Origin: Dendrobates tinctorius | Taxonomy: Eukaryota | Assembly: GCF_039654945.1 (NCBI RefSeq) | Contig: NW_027361686.1 | Coordinates: 9,548,001 to 9,612,000 of the forward strand | Direction: 5' to 3' | Length of the DNA: 64,000 bases | Shown here: piece by piece, positions 24,640 to 36,451 of the stretch | How the letters are laid out: each line of letters opens with the position of its first letter | Numbering within the stretch: the stretch's first letter is position 1 | Notes under the pieces: model-generated | What the model was told of the DNA's origin: nothing | The model's database searches: none | What the model saw: the letters and a program-made list of their open reading frames with translations, nothing else | Made by a program: the position numbers and the translations under genes

Positions 24640-27106
24640 CAGGTCCTAGGACAACAATACAAAGGATACCTGCATTGTAGTAATCCAAACTCTGGAGCCA
24701 TATGTGAATTAGCCAGGACGTGTACTGGAGGCGGACAAATTAAGGCCAGAGCAGAGCTGCCTCCCCACCCCACGGCATGGGCATAGGCCGACAAGACAAT
24801 GGGTTGGAAAGGGTGGGGGCATCATATTAAGGGAGGGTACTGTGTGAGGTCAGTTATATGGCCAGGTCAGGGGTGTGGCCCACTCAGTTCCCGCTCACAG
24901 GGGTCAAGAATAATCACACCGTAGCACAGCTTACCATGGCAGCTGTGGAGCAGATCCTGGAGAGTCTCGGGATGGTGGCATTGTCACAGCCTCCTGGCTG
25001 GTTGGAGAGGCAAGCAGCTGGCATTATTGGTGGGGGAGCAGGGACGGTGGCAGAGGATCCCCCACGTAAGTGGCGTCCCCTTTTTGGGTGAGGCCATTGG
25101 AGTGGCTATCGCTGGATGCAGCTCCCCGGATCCCCGGACCCAGCGCAAGCGCCGGAGCCCCTCTGGGGACCCTCCAGGCTGGGCGCCAGTAAAAAAGTGT
25201 GTCAGCAGGTCCCGATCTGGGAGGAATCTGCCTGCCAGGCTGGGTTAAGCAGAAAATAGAAAAAAGGAAACAGCCGCACTCAAACAATGCAATACTTTGC
25301 AAAATTAATTCATATTTATTTACAAATGTAAGTAATACCACAGCAGAAACAACATTTTTTAGTGAAGATAGGGTAACGTTTCGACCCTACCAGGGTCTTT
25401 GTCAAGTTCAGTGTGGGGGAGACAGAGCGTGTCCTGCGTTCCTTGTGTGGAATGCAGGACACGCTCTGTCTCCCCCATACTGAGCTCTTAAGGGGATCCT
25501 CTTTAGAATGCTATGTTGAACCTATTCACTATCCAGTGAGGTTTTGACAGGTGCCCGAGAACTGTTTTCACAGAGCAGGCGCTGGCATAGGAGACAGAAG
25601 GAGGCGGGGCACAGACGGCAGAGCAGGGGCATGGTGGACTGCTATGGGAGGCGGGGCCTCACTGGGACGCATTACAGGTATGAGGACCTATTTATAAAAG
25701 TTAATATTTCGGTGTTACTGGGGGTCAGAAACAGAAGAGCCACCTTCACAGAATGCAGCCTTAGTGCTGCTGAAGGTGGCTCTTTTAGTTAAAAACGCCC
25801 AGGGGGGGTGACAGGTTCCCTTTAAAGAAATTGTCTTTGCGGGAATTTCAGTCACATCTCAGGAATCTTAATTTTGCTTGCTCGATTATCCCCATGGGGA
25901 GAGTCTTTTCTCGGCGGTTGACCAGTGCTACGGCAGGAGTTCGGGCTCCTCATCACTTTGTGCGGCTGTCTGCTATAGCTGATTTAGTGGTGTGGGGTAA
26001 ATTTTTGGTTTGGAGCAATATAACAACTGTTTGTTGCTCATGGAGGAGGTGGTGGATAATTGTACGTTGGATTTGTTTATGGATGCGGCAGGCGGGATTT
26101 GCTTTGGAGCATACTTTAGGGGGCAGCGGTGTGCACTTGGACAGCCTACCAGTTGGTATGGTATTTATGGAGGGATTTTTGGCAGCGAGTATGAATCAAT
26201 CGACTGTTGAGGATCAGTTGGGAGTGTTACTTTAATGGTTAAGTCGTGGGGCAGGGGAAGGCCGGTTGTCGGTGAATGTATCGCGCATTATTGCGGCTTT
26301 AGTGTTTGATTTTAAGTTACAGGGTCAGCAGGATTTGACTAAAATGTTTTTGGTGAAGCAGGAGGTAAGGGGTTTTAGGAGGGGATCAGTGGCGGATCTT
26401 AATAGGGGCGGATGGGGCGGTCGCCCCGGGCCCAAGGTTTTTTGGGGGCCCAGGGCAGGGGCCAATCCGGTCGGCATCTGTGTGAGCCGCCGCCGCCCAG
26501 TGGCGTAGGAAGGGGGTTGCGGGGGGGTGCGGGGGGGTGGGCCGCCCCAGGCGGCACGTGTGTGGGGGCGGCGCAGCACGGCAGGAGCAGAAATTCCTCC
26601 TTTCTGTGCTGTGGGACTCGGGAGAGAAGCATGGAGGCGGCCGGCCGAGGCACAGTGAGGAGAGAAGAGGACTGAGTATTAGCAGGAGATTTTGGCAGCG
26701 GCTAGCGCAGGTGGGTCACAGGTCACTCACCATTTGGGAGGAGGATGCTCTGCCTCTCCCCAGCCTCCCTCCATGCTCAGTCAGCTGCTGAGCTCTCCCT
26801 GCGGGCGGCTTCCTTCCTCAGTGGCCTTCAGAGTCACTCACACTCACACACACAGCAGCCAGGCAGTCGCAGGCAGCCTGTGTAAGGCTGTGTGTGCACA
26901 CACTGCGGATTTTGCTGCGGTTCCACAGCGGTTTTTGACATGTCTATTGAGGAGATGAAAAACCGCAGGGCAAAACCGCAGAGCAATCCGCAGGTAAAAC
27001 CGCAGGTATTTTGACCTGCGGTTTCACCTGCGGATTTTACAAAATCCGCGCGGATGAATCCGCACCTAATCCGTAGCGTGTGCACACAGCCTAAGTGTAA
27101 CTTATA

Positions 27107-27684
27107 TGTTAACACAAAAAAATGGAGTGAAAGTCCAAAATATTTTAGAAACGTAAGAAATTTATTTGAGGAACAACCCCGTTATCCCGTGCTAAAGTGC
27201 TTACCCATCATGTGCTCCAGGACAAGTGCAGCGCCGCCACCAGCGCAAGTGCAGCGTGGCGGCGCTGCACTTGTCCTGGAGGCTGGAGCACATGATGGGT
27301 AAGCACTTTAGCATGGGATAACGGGGTTGTTCCTCAGGGTGCGCACCTGGGTTCTTCCCTACACTTTGTATCCCGGTTTTATGGCCCATCATTACAAGAA
27401 GCACTTGGCTCCTTTTCACTTAATATTATATGGACAGGACAATTAGCAGCTGATATTACCCGATTCCTTCATTGTAGATGTTGTTTATAATTGTCAGTAC
27501 GATTTTTATGCATAATAAATTTCTTACGTTTCTAAAATATTTTGGACTTTCACTCCATTTTTTTGTGTTAACATGTTATGTGGGAGTGTCCATTATCGAT
27601 CCCCTTTGAGTTATAATTTTACAAATGGTGACTCACCTGGGGTACATTGCGAATTGTTCCATTTGGTATTGTTTTATATATACA

Positions 27685-27717
<33 letters not shown>
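27107..27717. mobile_element. Penelope-like retro-insertion with nested inverted repeats and 15-bp TSD
   Basis: TAAGTGTAACTTATA at 27092-27106 and 27718-27732; about 27106-27166 inverted at about 27514-27574; central palindrome 27167-27335. Confidence 0.6.
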
Positions 27718-27721
<4 letters not shown>

Positions 27722-28816
27722 TGTAACTTATACTGCGGCCAGGGGCAGAGGAGGCGGAGCTGAGCCTGCACATTACTGTCTGTGCTGCCTGGGAGCACTG
27801 TCGCAGGCAGTGTGTCAGAAATGAATGTCTGTCTGTGACTGTGTGATTAATCATTAACATCCCTAACCAGTAGCCGGCCAGGCCGGTACCCCCTCCCAAG
27901 CGCGGCCATTTTATTCCTTTCCAGACCCCGCATCCAAGCAGGCCATTCACCGCCCGGGGGGGCGCCAAATTCGGGAACAGCCCCGGGCGGCAAAAGCTCT
28001 AGCTTTCGCCTCTGCTGCCGCCGCAGCGCAATTTTGGCTTCCCCCAATAGTCGCGTGTCGTGGCAATTGTCGGCGGCTGCGCTGCGCTGAATGGCTGGCT
28101 CACTCACCTGATCCTCCTCCCCTCTCTCCGCAGCGTCCGCGCTCATTCCGGCCTGCAACTTGCATCACGTGGCTGCATCAGAGTGACGCTGGCCACTCAC
28201 ACTCTGGCAGCGGCTCCTCTGTTCCCTCCCCTTCGTTGTTGTCCATAGATACAGCGGGGCCCGACAACTGACAGCCCAGCCGAGGCCGTGTATCACAGGA
28301 GGAAGTAGAACTCTCTGGTGCCTGGTGGACACTGTGGGGCGGAGGTATGTCATGACTGACTCATATGGATGTGGGCAAAAACACTCTTTGTTATACATGT
28401 ATTTTAGCCCTATGTTGATTGCTCATTAAATATTATAAACTGAATGTACATTTCCTGCCTATTGATGATTACCCTCTCTAAGAGTACCCCGCATAACATC
28501 TGGGCCTCCATCCTTGATCGCCGGCACACGTGTTTTAGCCCTTAGTTGCCTTGCCTACCACATCTTTCTCTCACCTACTTTATGTGGATGTGGGGGGCAT
28601 GGGGGGGTGGGCAGGGGGGGGGCCTTGGTCAAGAGGGGTGCCGGGTGGGGTGCCCAGACTTTAGGAACAGCCTCGGACCAGTGAGCAGTGCACTGCACGC
28701 ATTATGTAACGTAACCCATTCAGGTCCTCACATCACGTCCCCTATGGCCAGGATCACGTTGGGCGATTTTGTGCGTATTGGCCATAGGCCTACAGCTTAT
28801 GTGCAACATCTTTTTA

Positions 28817-29039
28817 GGCCATGTCCACACGTGGTGGAATGGTGGCGGGTTTTCCATATGGACCCGCAGCAAACCAAGTGCTGCGGTCCATACGGCTGTC
28901 AATTCCCGCACGGGGACCACAGCGCTCAGGTAGCTGTGGTCCCCGCCCGGGAATTGACAACCGTACAGACCGCGGCACTTGGTTTGCTGCGGGTCCATAC
29001 GGAAAACCCGCCACCATTCCGCCACGTGTGGACATGGCT
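28817..29039. mobile_element. Near-perfect palindromic Harbinger-type MITE
   Basis: GGCCATGTCCACACGTGG...CCACGTGTGGACATGGCT; TTA flanks; arms about 105 bp. Confidence 0.85.
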
Positions 29040-29469
29040 TTAATCTGGTTTAACCCATAGGGACCAATGTTAAATGTGCACACCTGCTTGCGTACCGACC
29101 GGATTTGTACGCAATTGCAGTTTTTCCGCCCACAGCATGTCATTGCTGTCATCGGATCCGCTGCGGAAAGTCTATAATGGACTCCTATGGGGCCACATAC
29201 ATTCCGCACAAAAACCGCATGAAAACCGCACCAAAAACACCACGTGATTGCGGATTTTCAAGGAAGGCGGGCCGCGGGGATATTTAAATTTTTCCGCAGA
29301 TTCAAACCGCACGAAATCTGCAATTCTTGTTCGCATTCAGTACCGGATGTTCAGTACCGAATGTTCGGTATCAGTACCGAACATTTTTCCAATTAACCGG
29401 TCGCTGTTGTGGATATTCGCAACAGCGAATGTGTTGATGCGCTGTATCGATAGCAATTGCAGTTAAATT

Positions 29470-29710
29470 NNNNNNNNNNNNNNNNNNNNNNNNNNNNNNN
29501 NNNNNNNNNNNNNNNNNNNNNNNNNNNNNNNNNNNNNNNNNNNNNNNNNNNNNNNNNNNNNNNNNNNNNNNNNNNNNNNNNNNNNNNNNNNNNNNNNNNN
29601 NNNNNNNNNNNNNNNNNNNNNNNNNNNNNNNNNNNNNNNNNNNNNNNNNNNNNNNNNNNNNNNNNNNNNNNNNNNNNNNNNNNNNNNNNNNNNNNNNNNN
29701 NNNNNNNNNN
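29470..29710. other. Assembly gap, followed by a CT-rich microsatellite to ~29890
   Basis: Run of N. Confidence 1.
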
Positions 29711-30363
29711 TCTGTCTTCTCTCTCTGTCTTTTCTCTCTTCTCTTCTCTCTCTTCTCTTCTCTTCCTCTCTTCTCTCCCTCTCTTCTCTCCCTCTCTTCT
29801 CTCTCCTCCCTTTCTCATCTCTCTTGCTCATCTCTCCTTCTCTCTCTTCTCTATCCTCTCTCTTTCTCATCTCTCTCCTCTCTCTCTCATTTGTCTGGAA
29901 ATACCGAACAAATTTTGTTCGGTATTGCAATACCGAACAAAATTAATGTGTGGTAAATCGATCCGAACCGAATATCCGAATGAAAAAATACCAAACATGC
30001 TCGGTAAGCCCATCACTATTCACAGGCAACTTTTAGGCTAGTTTCACACTTGCTTTTTTTTGCAGCGCGTTTTTCCCGCAAAAAAACGCATTAAAAAAAC
30101 GCATACAAATGCATACAAACGCTGCGTTTTTTTCCAGCATTTTAATGCGCATGCAGGAAAAAAACGCAGCGTTTTTGCGCGTTTGTATGCGTTTTTTGTG
30201 CGTTTGCGTTTTTTTACAGATTTTGGAAAAACCCCACAAAAAAGAAAAAACAACCATTCAACAACACACAAGACCAATGGGACTTCATTGTGGGTGTGGT
30301 ATGTTAATATATATACACCCTGTCTACAGTATTCTTCACATTTGCTTGATTCTTCTCGTGACC

Positions 30364-31751
30364 ATGGATCTGCGCTGGAAGAGTTTTCACTTCAACTTGG
30401 ATTTGGACATCGCGATGGCTCAGGCGTATGCAGTTGCTTGCCATGAACAAAGGAAGAGAGAGAGGCAGCGAAGACGGCGGCGTATGTGGATACATCCGAT
30501 TGTTGAACTCCGGGAGAGCCGTGGGGCATACCATACCCTCTACAGCGAGCTCCAGTCAAACCCGGAGAAATTTACAGATTATATCCGGATGTCCCACGAA
30601 AGTTTCATGGATTTGCTTGCTCGTGTCCAACAATCCATCCGGAGACAGGACACACAGCTCCGTCGTGCGATTCCTCCTGAGGAACGGCTACTGGTGACAT
30701 TACGGTATGTTTTAAAAACAAAGGGGTGTGGTCTGATGTTTTTTTTTGTAAATTTAGTATTCAAAACCTTGGGTAATTAGTTTTCGTGAATGTACTAATA
30801 TTTTTTTTATAGTTTTTAAAAATAATATACATAAATATTAATTTTACTTCTTTGTCTGTTCACAGATTCCTGGCGACTGGAGAAACCCTATCCTCACTAC
30901 ACTTCCAGTACCGTATTGGAATCTCTACCTTGTCTGGAATTGTTGCTGACACCTGCCGGGCTCTCTGGAATGTTCTTTGCCCAGAATTTATGCCCCTGCC
31001 CACCGCTGAAAAGTGGATGGAAATTGCTGACAAATTCTGGACAGTATGCAATTTTCCCAACTGTTTGGGAGCTGTTGATGGGAAACACATACGGATCATC
31101 AAACCCCAAAGAACGGGATCTGAGTACTATAATTACAAAAAGTACTTTTCAATAGTACTCATTGCAATTGCGGATGCCGGATGTATGTTTGTAGCAGTGG
31201 ACATTGGAGCATTTGGCCGTGGTAATGACTCGCAGGCTTTTAAAAACTCAGACATGGGCCGGAGGTTGTATGGCAACCAATTTAATTTCCCTATGCCACG
31301 GCCTCTTCCTCACACCGAAGCTCCGCCACTGCCCTTTGTAATGGTTGGCGATGAGGCTTTTCAAATGTGCGGAAACTTACTGAAACCCTACTCCAGCCGG
31401 GACTTGGACCACACCAAAAAAATTTTTAATTACAGGCTGACCAGGGCCAGAAGAACTGTCGAGTGTGCTTTTGGGATTCTTGTTTCCAGATGGCGAATTC
31501 TGGGCACGGCCATTAATCTTAAACTTGAAACAGTCGATGAGGTGGTGAAGGCCTGTGTGGTTCTACATAACTTTGTGATGGCTAAAGAGCACCCGACCTT
31601 TGAACTGGACGATGATGCTCCTAACCCATTGCCTGAATTCACTCAGCACACTCTCAGGTCATCCGTTGAAGTTGGCCAAATGAGGGACAAATTTGCGGCC
31701 TACTTTATTTCTGATGTAGGACGGGTGCACTGGCAAGATGAAATGGTGTAA
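30364..31751 (+). CDS. Harbinger DDE transposase (HARBI1/ALP1-like), exons 30364-30704 and 30866-31751, ~408 aa
   Basis: RRMWIHP..YIRMS..ERLLVTLR|FLATG across a GT-AG intron; catalytic motifs GAVDGKH, VGDEAF, RRTVECAFG; AATAAA at 31768. Confidence 0.95.
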
Positions 31752-32118
31752 TGTTGTTGTTTATGGTAATAAAAATCCTTATTTGATACCATTACTGAGT
31801 GCACTATATTTTTTAAACTCCGATTAATTAAAAAACTTCCCATGTATAACTGAATTTTGTTATGTTCACACACCTGGGCAGGTAAATACACATACGAGTT
31901 AAAATGCAGCATTGCTAGTCTGCGTGAAATATATTGGAATGAGCAAAGCTGCAGGCCATGAATCAGGAAACCATTTTTTTTCAAGATAAAATTGTGCAAA
32001 TAGTTTAAAACAAAGTATGTGATTTTCTCAAAACACAACACTCAAAACCCAACCCCAATGAAAGTCCATGGGGAATACAAGTCAGCATTGAGTGGATGAA
32101 TGTAATCTGCTCCATTAA

Positions 32119-33250
32119 AAGTTATTACACTAGGCCTTTGAATTGACTATACTAGGCCGTGGTATTTCAAATATGAGTATACTAGGCCTTGGGGCTAGTA
32201 GTATAGTAATATGTGAAATACCACGGCCTAGTATAGTCATACCAAGGCCTACTGTTATAACTCGATTTTTAACAACTAGCATCTTGTTTCAACAAAAACA
32301 AACTGGTGAAACTAGAAAGAAACTTATTTTTTAGACAAGTTTCAACAGTTTGTTTTTCATGAAACCAGATTCTATTTGGTAAAACTAGAGTTATTACACT
32401 AGGCCTTGGAATGACTATACTAGGCCGTGGTATTTCAAATATGAGTATACTAGGCCTTGGGGCTAGTAGTATATGTGAAATACCACGGCCTAGTATAGTC
32501 ATACCAAGGCCTACTGTAATAACTCGATTTTTAACAACTAGCATCTTGTTTCAACAAAAACAAACTGGTGAAACTAGAAAGAAACTTATTTTTTAGACAA
32601 GTTTCAACAGTTTGTTTTTCATGAAACCAGATTCTATTTGGTAAAACTAGAGTTATTACACTAGGCCTTGGAATGACTATACTAGGCCGTGGTATTTCAA
32701 ATATGAGTATACTAGGCCTTGGGGCTAGTAGTATATGTGAAATACCACGGCCTAGTATAGTCATACCAAGGCCTACTGTAATAACTCGATTTTTAACAAC
32801 TAGCATCTTGTTTCACCAAAAACAAACTGGTGAAACTAGAAAGAAACTTATTTTTTAGACAAGTTTCAACAGTTTGTTTTTCATGAAACCAGATTCTATT
32901 TTGTAAAACTAGAGTTATTACACTAGGCCTTGGAATGACTATACTAGGCCGTGGTATTTCAAATATGAGTATACTAGGCCTTGGGGCTAGTAGTATATGT
33001 GAAATACCACGGCCTAGTATAGTCATACCAAGGCCTACTGTAATAACTCGATTTTTAACAACTAGCATCTTGTTTCACCAAAAACAAACTGGTGAAACTA
33101 GAAAGAAACTTATTTTTTAGACAAGTTTCAACAGTTTGTTTTTCATGAAACCAGATTCTATTTTGTAAAACTAGAGTTATTACACTAGGCCTTTGAATGA
33201 CTATACTAGTCCATGTTATTTCACATATGACTATACTAGCCCTTGGGTTG
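32119..33250. repeat. Tandem array, 262-bp unit (4 full plus 1 partial), two long hairpins per unit
   Basis: Unit starts GTTATTACACTAGGCC at 32121, 32390, 32652, 32914, 33176. Confidence 0.95.
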
Positions 33251-33370
33251 GTTTTTAACATGTATTTACCCATCAGTGTGTGTGAGCGGCGCAAACAACA
33301 TTAATGAAACTTATTAATGGTGAACCACAAATGTAAATTTATTTTTTATCACAAAAAAAAAATTTAAAAA

Positions 33371-36300
33371 TTATTTTTTACGGCGTTTGGGGGCAGATGG
33401 TTTCAATTTGGGGGTGTGCAGGGAATATGCAACACTTGCAGTTGAAGACGGTGTTTGAGGGGAAGGGGCAACAAAACTTGTGGGGGAAGGTAGTCCAGTT
33501 AAGGGAATTAAACTTGGAACACTTGTAGGAGAGGAAATCTGTTCAGTTACATTAGTTGTAATGGCATGTCGCCGTAGGCTTGTGTGCCTGGACCGACTTT
33601 GGCCCAATGCCCGCCTTGAATGATTTCGCCTTGAAGTAGGGGCAAATATGGAATGTAGGTCCCCCGTCTGCTGGTATGGCTGCTGCTGCTGAGGTGGCGG
33701 CTGCTGCTGCAGAGGTTGCGGCTGCTGCTGAGGTGGCGGCTGCTGCTGAGGTGGCGGCTGCTGCTGAGGTGGCAGCTGCTGCTGAGGTGGTTGCTGCTGC
33801 TGAGGTGGTTGCTGCTGCTGCTGAGGTGGCGGCTGCTGCTGAGGTGGTTGCTGCTGCTGCTGAGGTGGCGGCTGCTGCTGAGGTGGCTGCTGCTGCTGAG
33901 GTGGCGTCTGCTGAGTTGGCTGCTGCTGCTGAGGTGGCTGATGCTGCTCTTCTTGTTCAGTGCTCGTCCTTGCAGGAGGACTGGTGGCGGCAGTGATGGC
34001 CCAGGTTTGCAGAGTGGTGGTGGCAGGGCTACTACATGTTGTTGTAGCGGCAGGGCTGTTCCATGTTTGCCTAGTGGTGGCTGAGCTCCACGCATGCATG
34101 GGATTGGCGGTGGTGCTCCAGACAGGAGCAGCGCTTGCCATGGTGGTGTCGGTGAAGTGACCAGCTGCACTCAGACTTGTGGTGGTGTAACGGTGGGTGT
34201 CCAGCCTTTGAAGAGAGGTGTCCGTGCAGTGGTATGCAGCACAAGTCGGTAGTGAGGTGAAGCGAGTCAATGGTGGCACAGGTGGAAAGGACACCACTGA
34301 CTGCTGACCGTACCGATTATGCTGCATAGCCTGCAAGAAAGCATTGTTGCAGGCCTGCAGCACATTCAGCTGTTGATCAGGACTAAGGTGTTCCGCCATG
34401 CCCTTTTCAATCTTACTAAAAAAATGGTGTGCTGGTCTGTTGAGGTCGGCCTCCAGACGGTCAAGGCGCTGTTCTACAGAATTGAAGCGGTGTTCAAAGT
34501 GGTTAAAACCACGTTCCATCAGTGCAAAACCGCTTTCAACTCTGTCGGACAGTGACTTGAGGCTGGAATTAAATGTCTCGCTCAAATGCATAAACTCGGG
34601 CAAGACATTCCTGTCCAAGGCCCTCTGCCGCTGGCGGGTAGTGCCCGCATAACCAGTGGCAGAGACCTGGGACAGGGGAACACCTGATGGCCCAGCTTCC
34701 TGGTCACCAGCTGTGTGTGTGTGGGACCTGCAAGGTGCTTCCTGGCTGTCGGATGGCTGGGACGGGTCAGAGGACGTCCGACGAAGGACCGCTCCAGGGC
34801 CAGGTTGCAGGGTGCTGCTCCAGGTGCTGTGGAAGAAAGGAAAATCATTACTACCATGCCTTTACAAGAAGCATCAGCTGTGGATTAGAAAAACACAGAT
34901 TAATAAAAATAAAAACCCAAAATGTATAATACTTACGATCTTGTGGCAAGGACCGGTCTTAGGAACTGCAACGCGTGATAGTGACGGTATCTAGTTCTGG
35001 TCCTTGACGCAGATCCACTGCGAACCTGGCCCTCAGCACGAACATCACTGTTGAAGCGGTCCTTGATCGAACGCCAACGTGTTCGGACTTTGTCCACTGT
35101 TGATAAAAAAAAACAGTGCCGTCAAGTACAACAGTCACTGCTTCACAATTTAGCAATACAATAATCAAAGCAGTCACTGTACACCCCGATGACACTGTTG
35201 GGTTTCCTGCTAGAATACACCTAGCACGAAACCCAACAGTGCCGTCAAGGACAACAGTCACTGCGGCACAATGTAGCAATACAATACTCAAAGCAGTCAC
35301 TGTAGACCACGATGACACTGTTGGGTTTCCTGCTAGAATACGCCTAGCACGAAACCCAACAGTGCCGTCAAGGACAACAGTCACTGCGGCACAATGTAGC
35401 AATACAATACTCAAAGCAGTCACTGTAGACCACGATGACACTGTTGGGTTTCCTGCTAGAATACGCCTAGCACGAAACCCAACAGTGCCGTCAAGGACAA
35501 CAGTCACTGCGGCACAATGTAGCAATACAATACTCAAAGCAGTCACTGTAGACCCCGATGACACTATTGGGTTTCCTGCTAGAATACGCCTAGCACGAAA
35601 CCCAACAGTGCCGTCAAGGACAACAGTCACTGCGGCACAATGTAGCAATACAATACTCAAAGCAGTCACTGTAGACCACGATGACACTGTTGGGTTTCCT
35701 GCTAGAATACGCCTAGCACGAAACCCAACAGTGCCGTCAAGGACAACAGTCACTGCGGCACAATGTAGCAATACAATACTCAAAGCAGTCACTGTAGACC
35801 ACGATGACACTGTTGGGTTTCCTGCTAGAATACGCCTAGCACGAAACCCAACAGTGCCGTCAAGGACAACAGTCACTGCGGCACAATACAGAGCAGGGAA
35901 ATACTCACTAAACGCCTTTTTGGCGGATGCTGTGGCGCTGTCCCAGCCATCCATCAACGCTGCGGCCACCTCATTCCATAGCCGCCGTGTCACCACATTG
36001 TCCTTGTACAGCCGGTCACGGCTGTCCCACAACGGCGAACGCTCCTGGACCAGGCTGATGAGCTGCTCATTATCCAGGTAGACGTCTTCATCCCGTTGTG
36101 GAACCTAGACAAAACACATTCATTAGAATAATCAAATTTAAATTGACTAAAAAGTTACAAAAAAAGAAAAAAAAAAAAGAGTAAAAATAGAGGATAAAAA
36201 AAAAAAAAAACATTACAAATCATTTGATACTTACATTACGTATCACCACCGGGACTTGGCTTCGCTGCTCCTGCTGTTCGCCCTCACTATTCCCGTCCGC

Positions 36301-36451
36301 AGATGATGATGACGATGTCTGAAAGTTGAAAAAAACGTAAGAGATTTGGAGAAGCAGCAGATATACTTACCAGATGCACGAAAATAATCACCTCACGGTC
36401 TGCTTGCGCCAATTCCTGCCGCGATGGGGAATACTCCGATTCTGAAGACAT
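33371..36451 (-). CDS. Harbinger ORF2 MADF/Myb-SANT-like DNA-binding protein, coding exons 36451-36371, 36318-36235, 36104-35909, 35096-34937, 34826-33371; ~658 aa
   Basis: All junctions GT-AG and phase-compatible. MADF LISLVQERSPLWDSRD..LWNEVA..|..VRTRWRSIKDRF..LQFLRP; coiled coil; Q/P repeat; terminal PKRRKK; minus-strand AATAAA at 33338-33343. First two exons less certain. Confidence 0.88.
35112..35889. repeat. Intronic tandem array, 123-bp unit (6 full plus 1 partial): 95-nt hairpin plus 28-nt spacer
   Basis: GTGCCGTCAAG at 35116, 35239, 35362, 35485, 35608, 35731, 35854; lies within intron 35097-35908. Confidence 0.95.

Noticed and set aside
29393-30041. ORFs spanning the N run
   Set aside because: Artifacts of the gap and the CT microsatellite.
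33676-34084. (EVAAAA)n and (LLLRW)n ORFs
   Set aside because: Antisense frames of the Q/P repeat.
32119-35889. CRISPR-like appearance of the palindromic repeat arrays
   Set aside because: Spacers are identical rather than unique, units are too long, no cas genes, eukaryotic context.
34959-36081. 357-aa and 321-aa ORFs with 41-aa repeats
   Set aside because: By-product of a stop-free 123-bp unit. The region is bounded by GT-AG sites whose removal restores the MADF domain.
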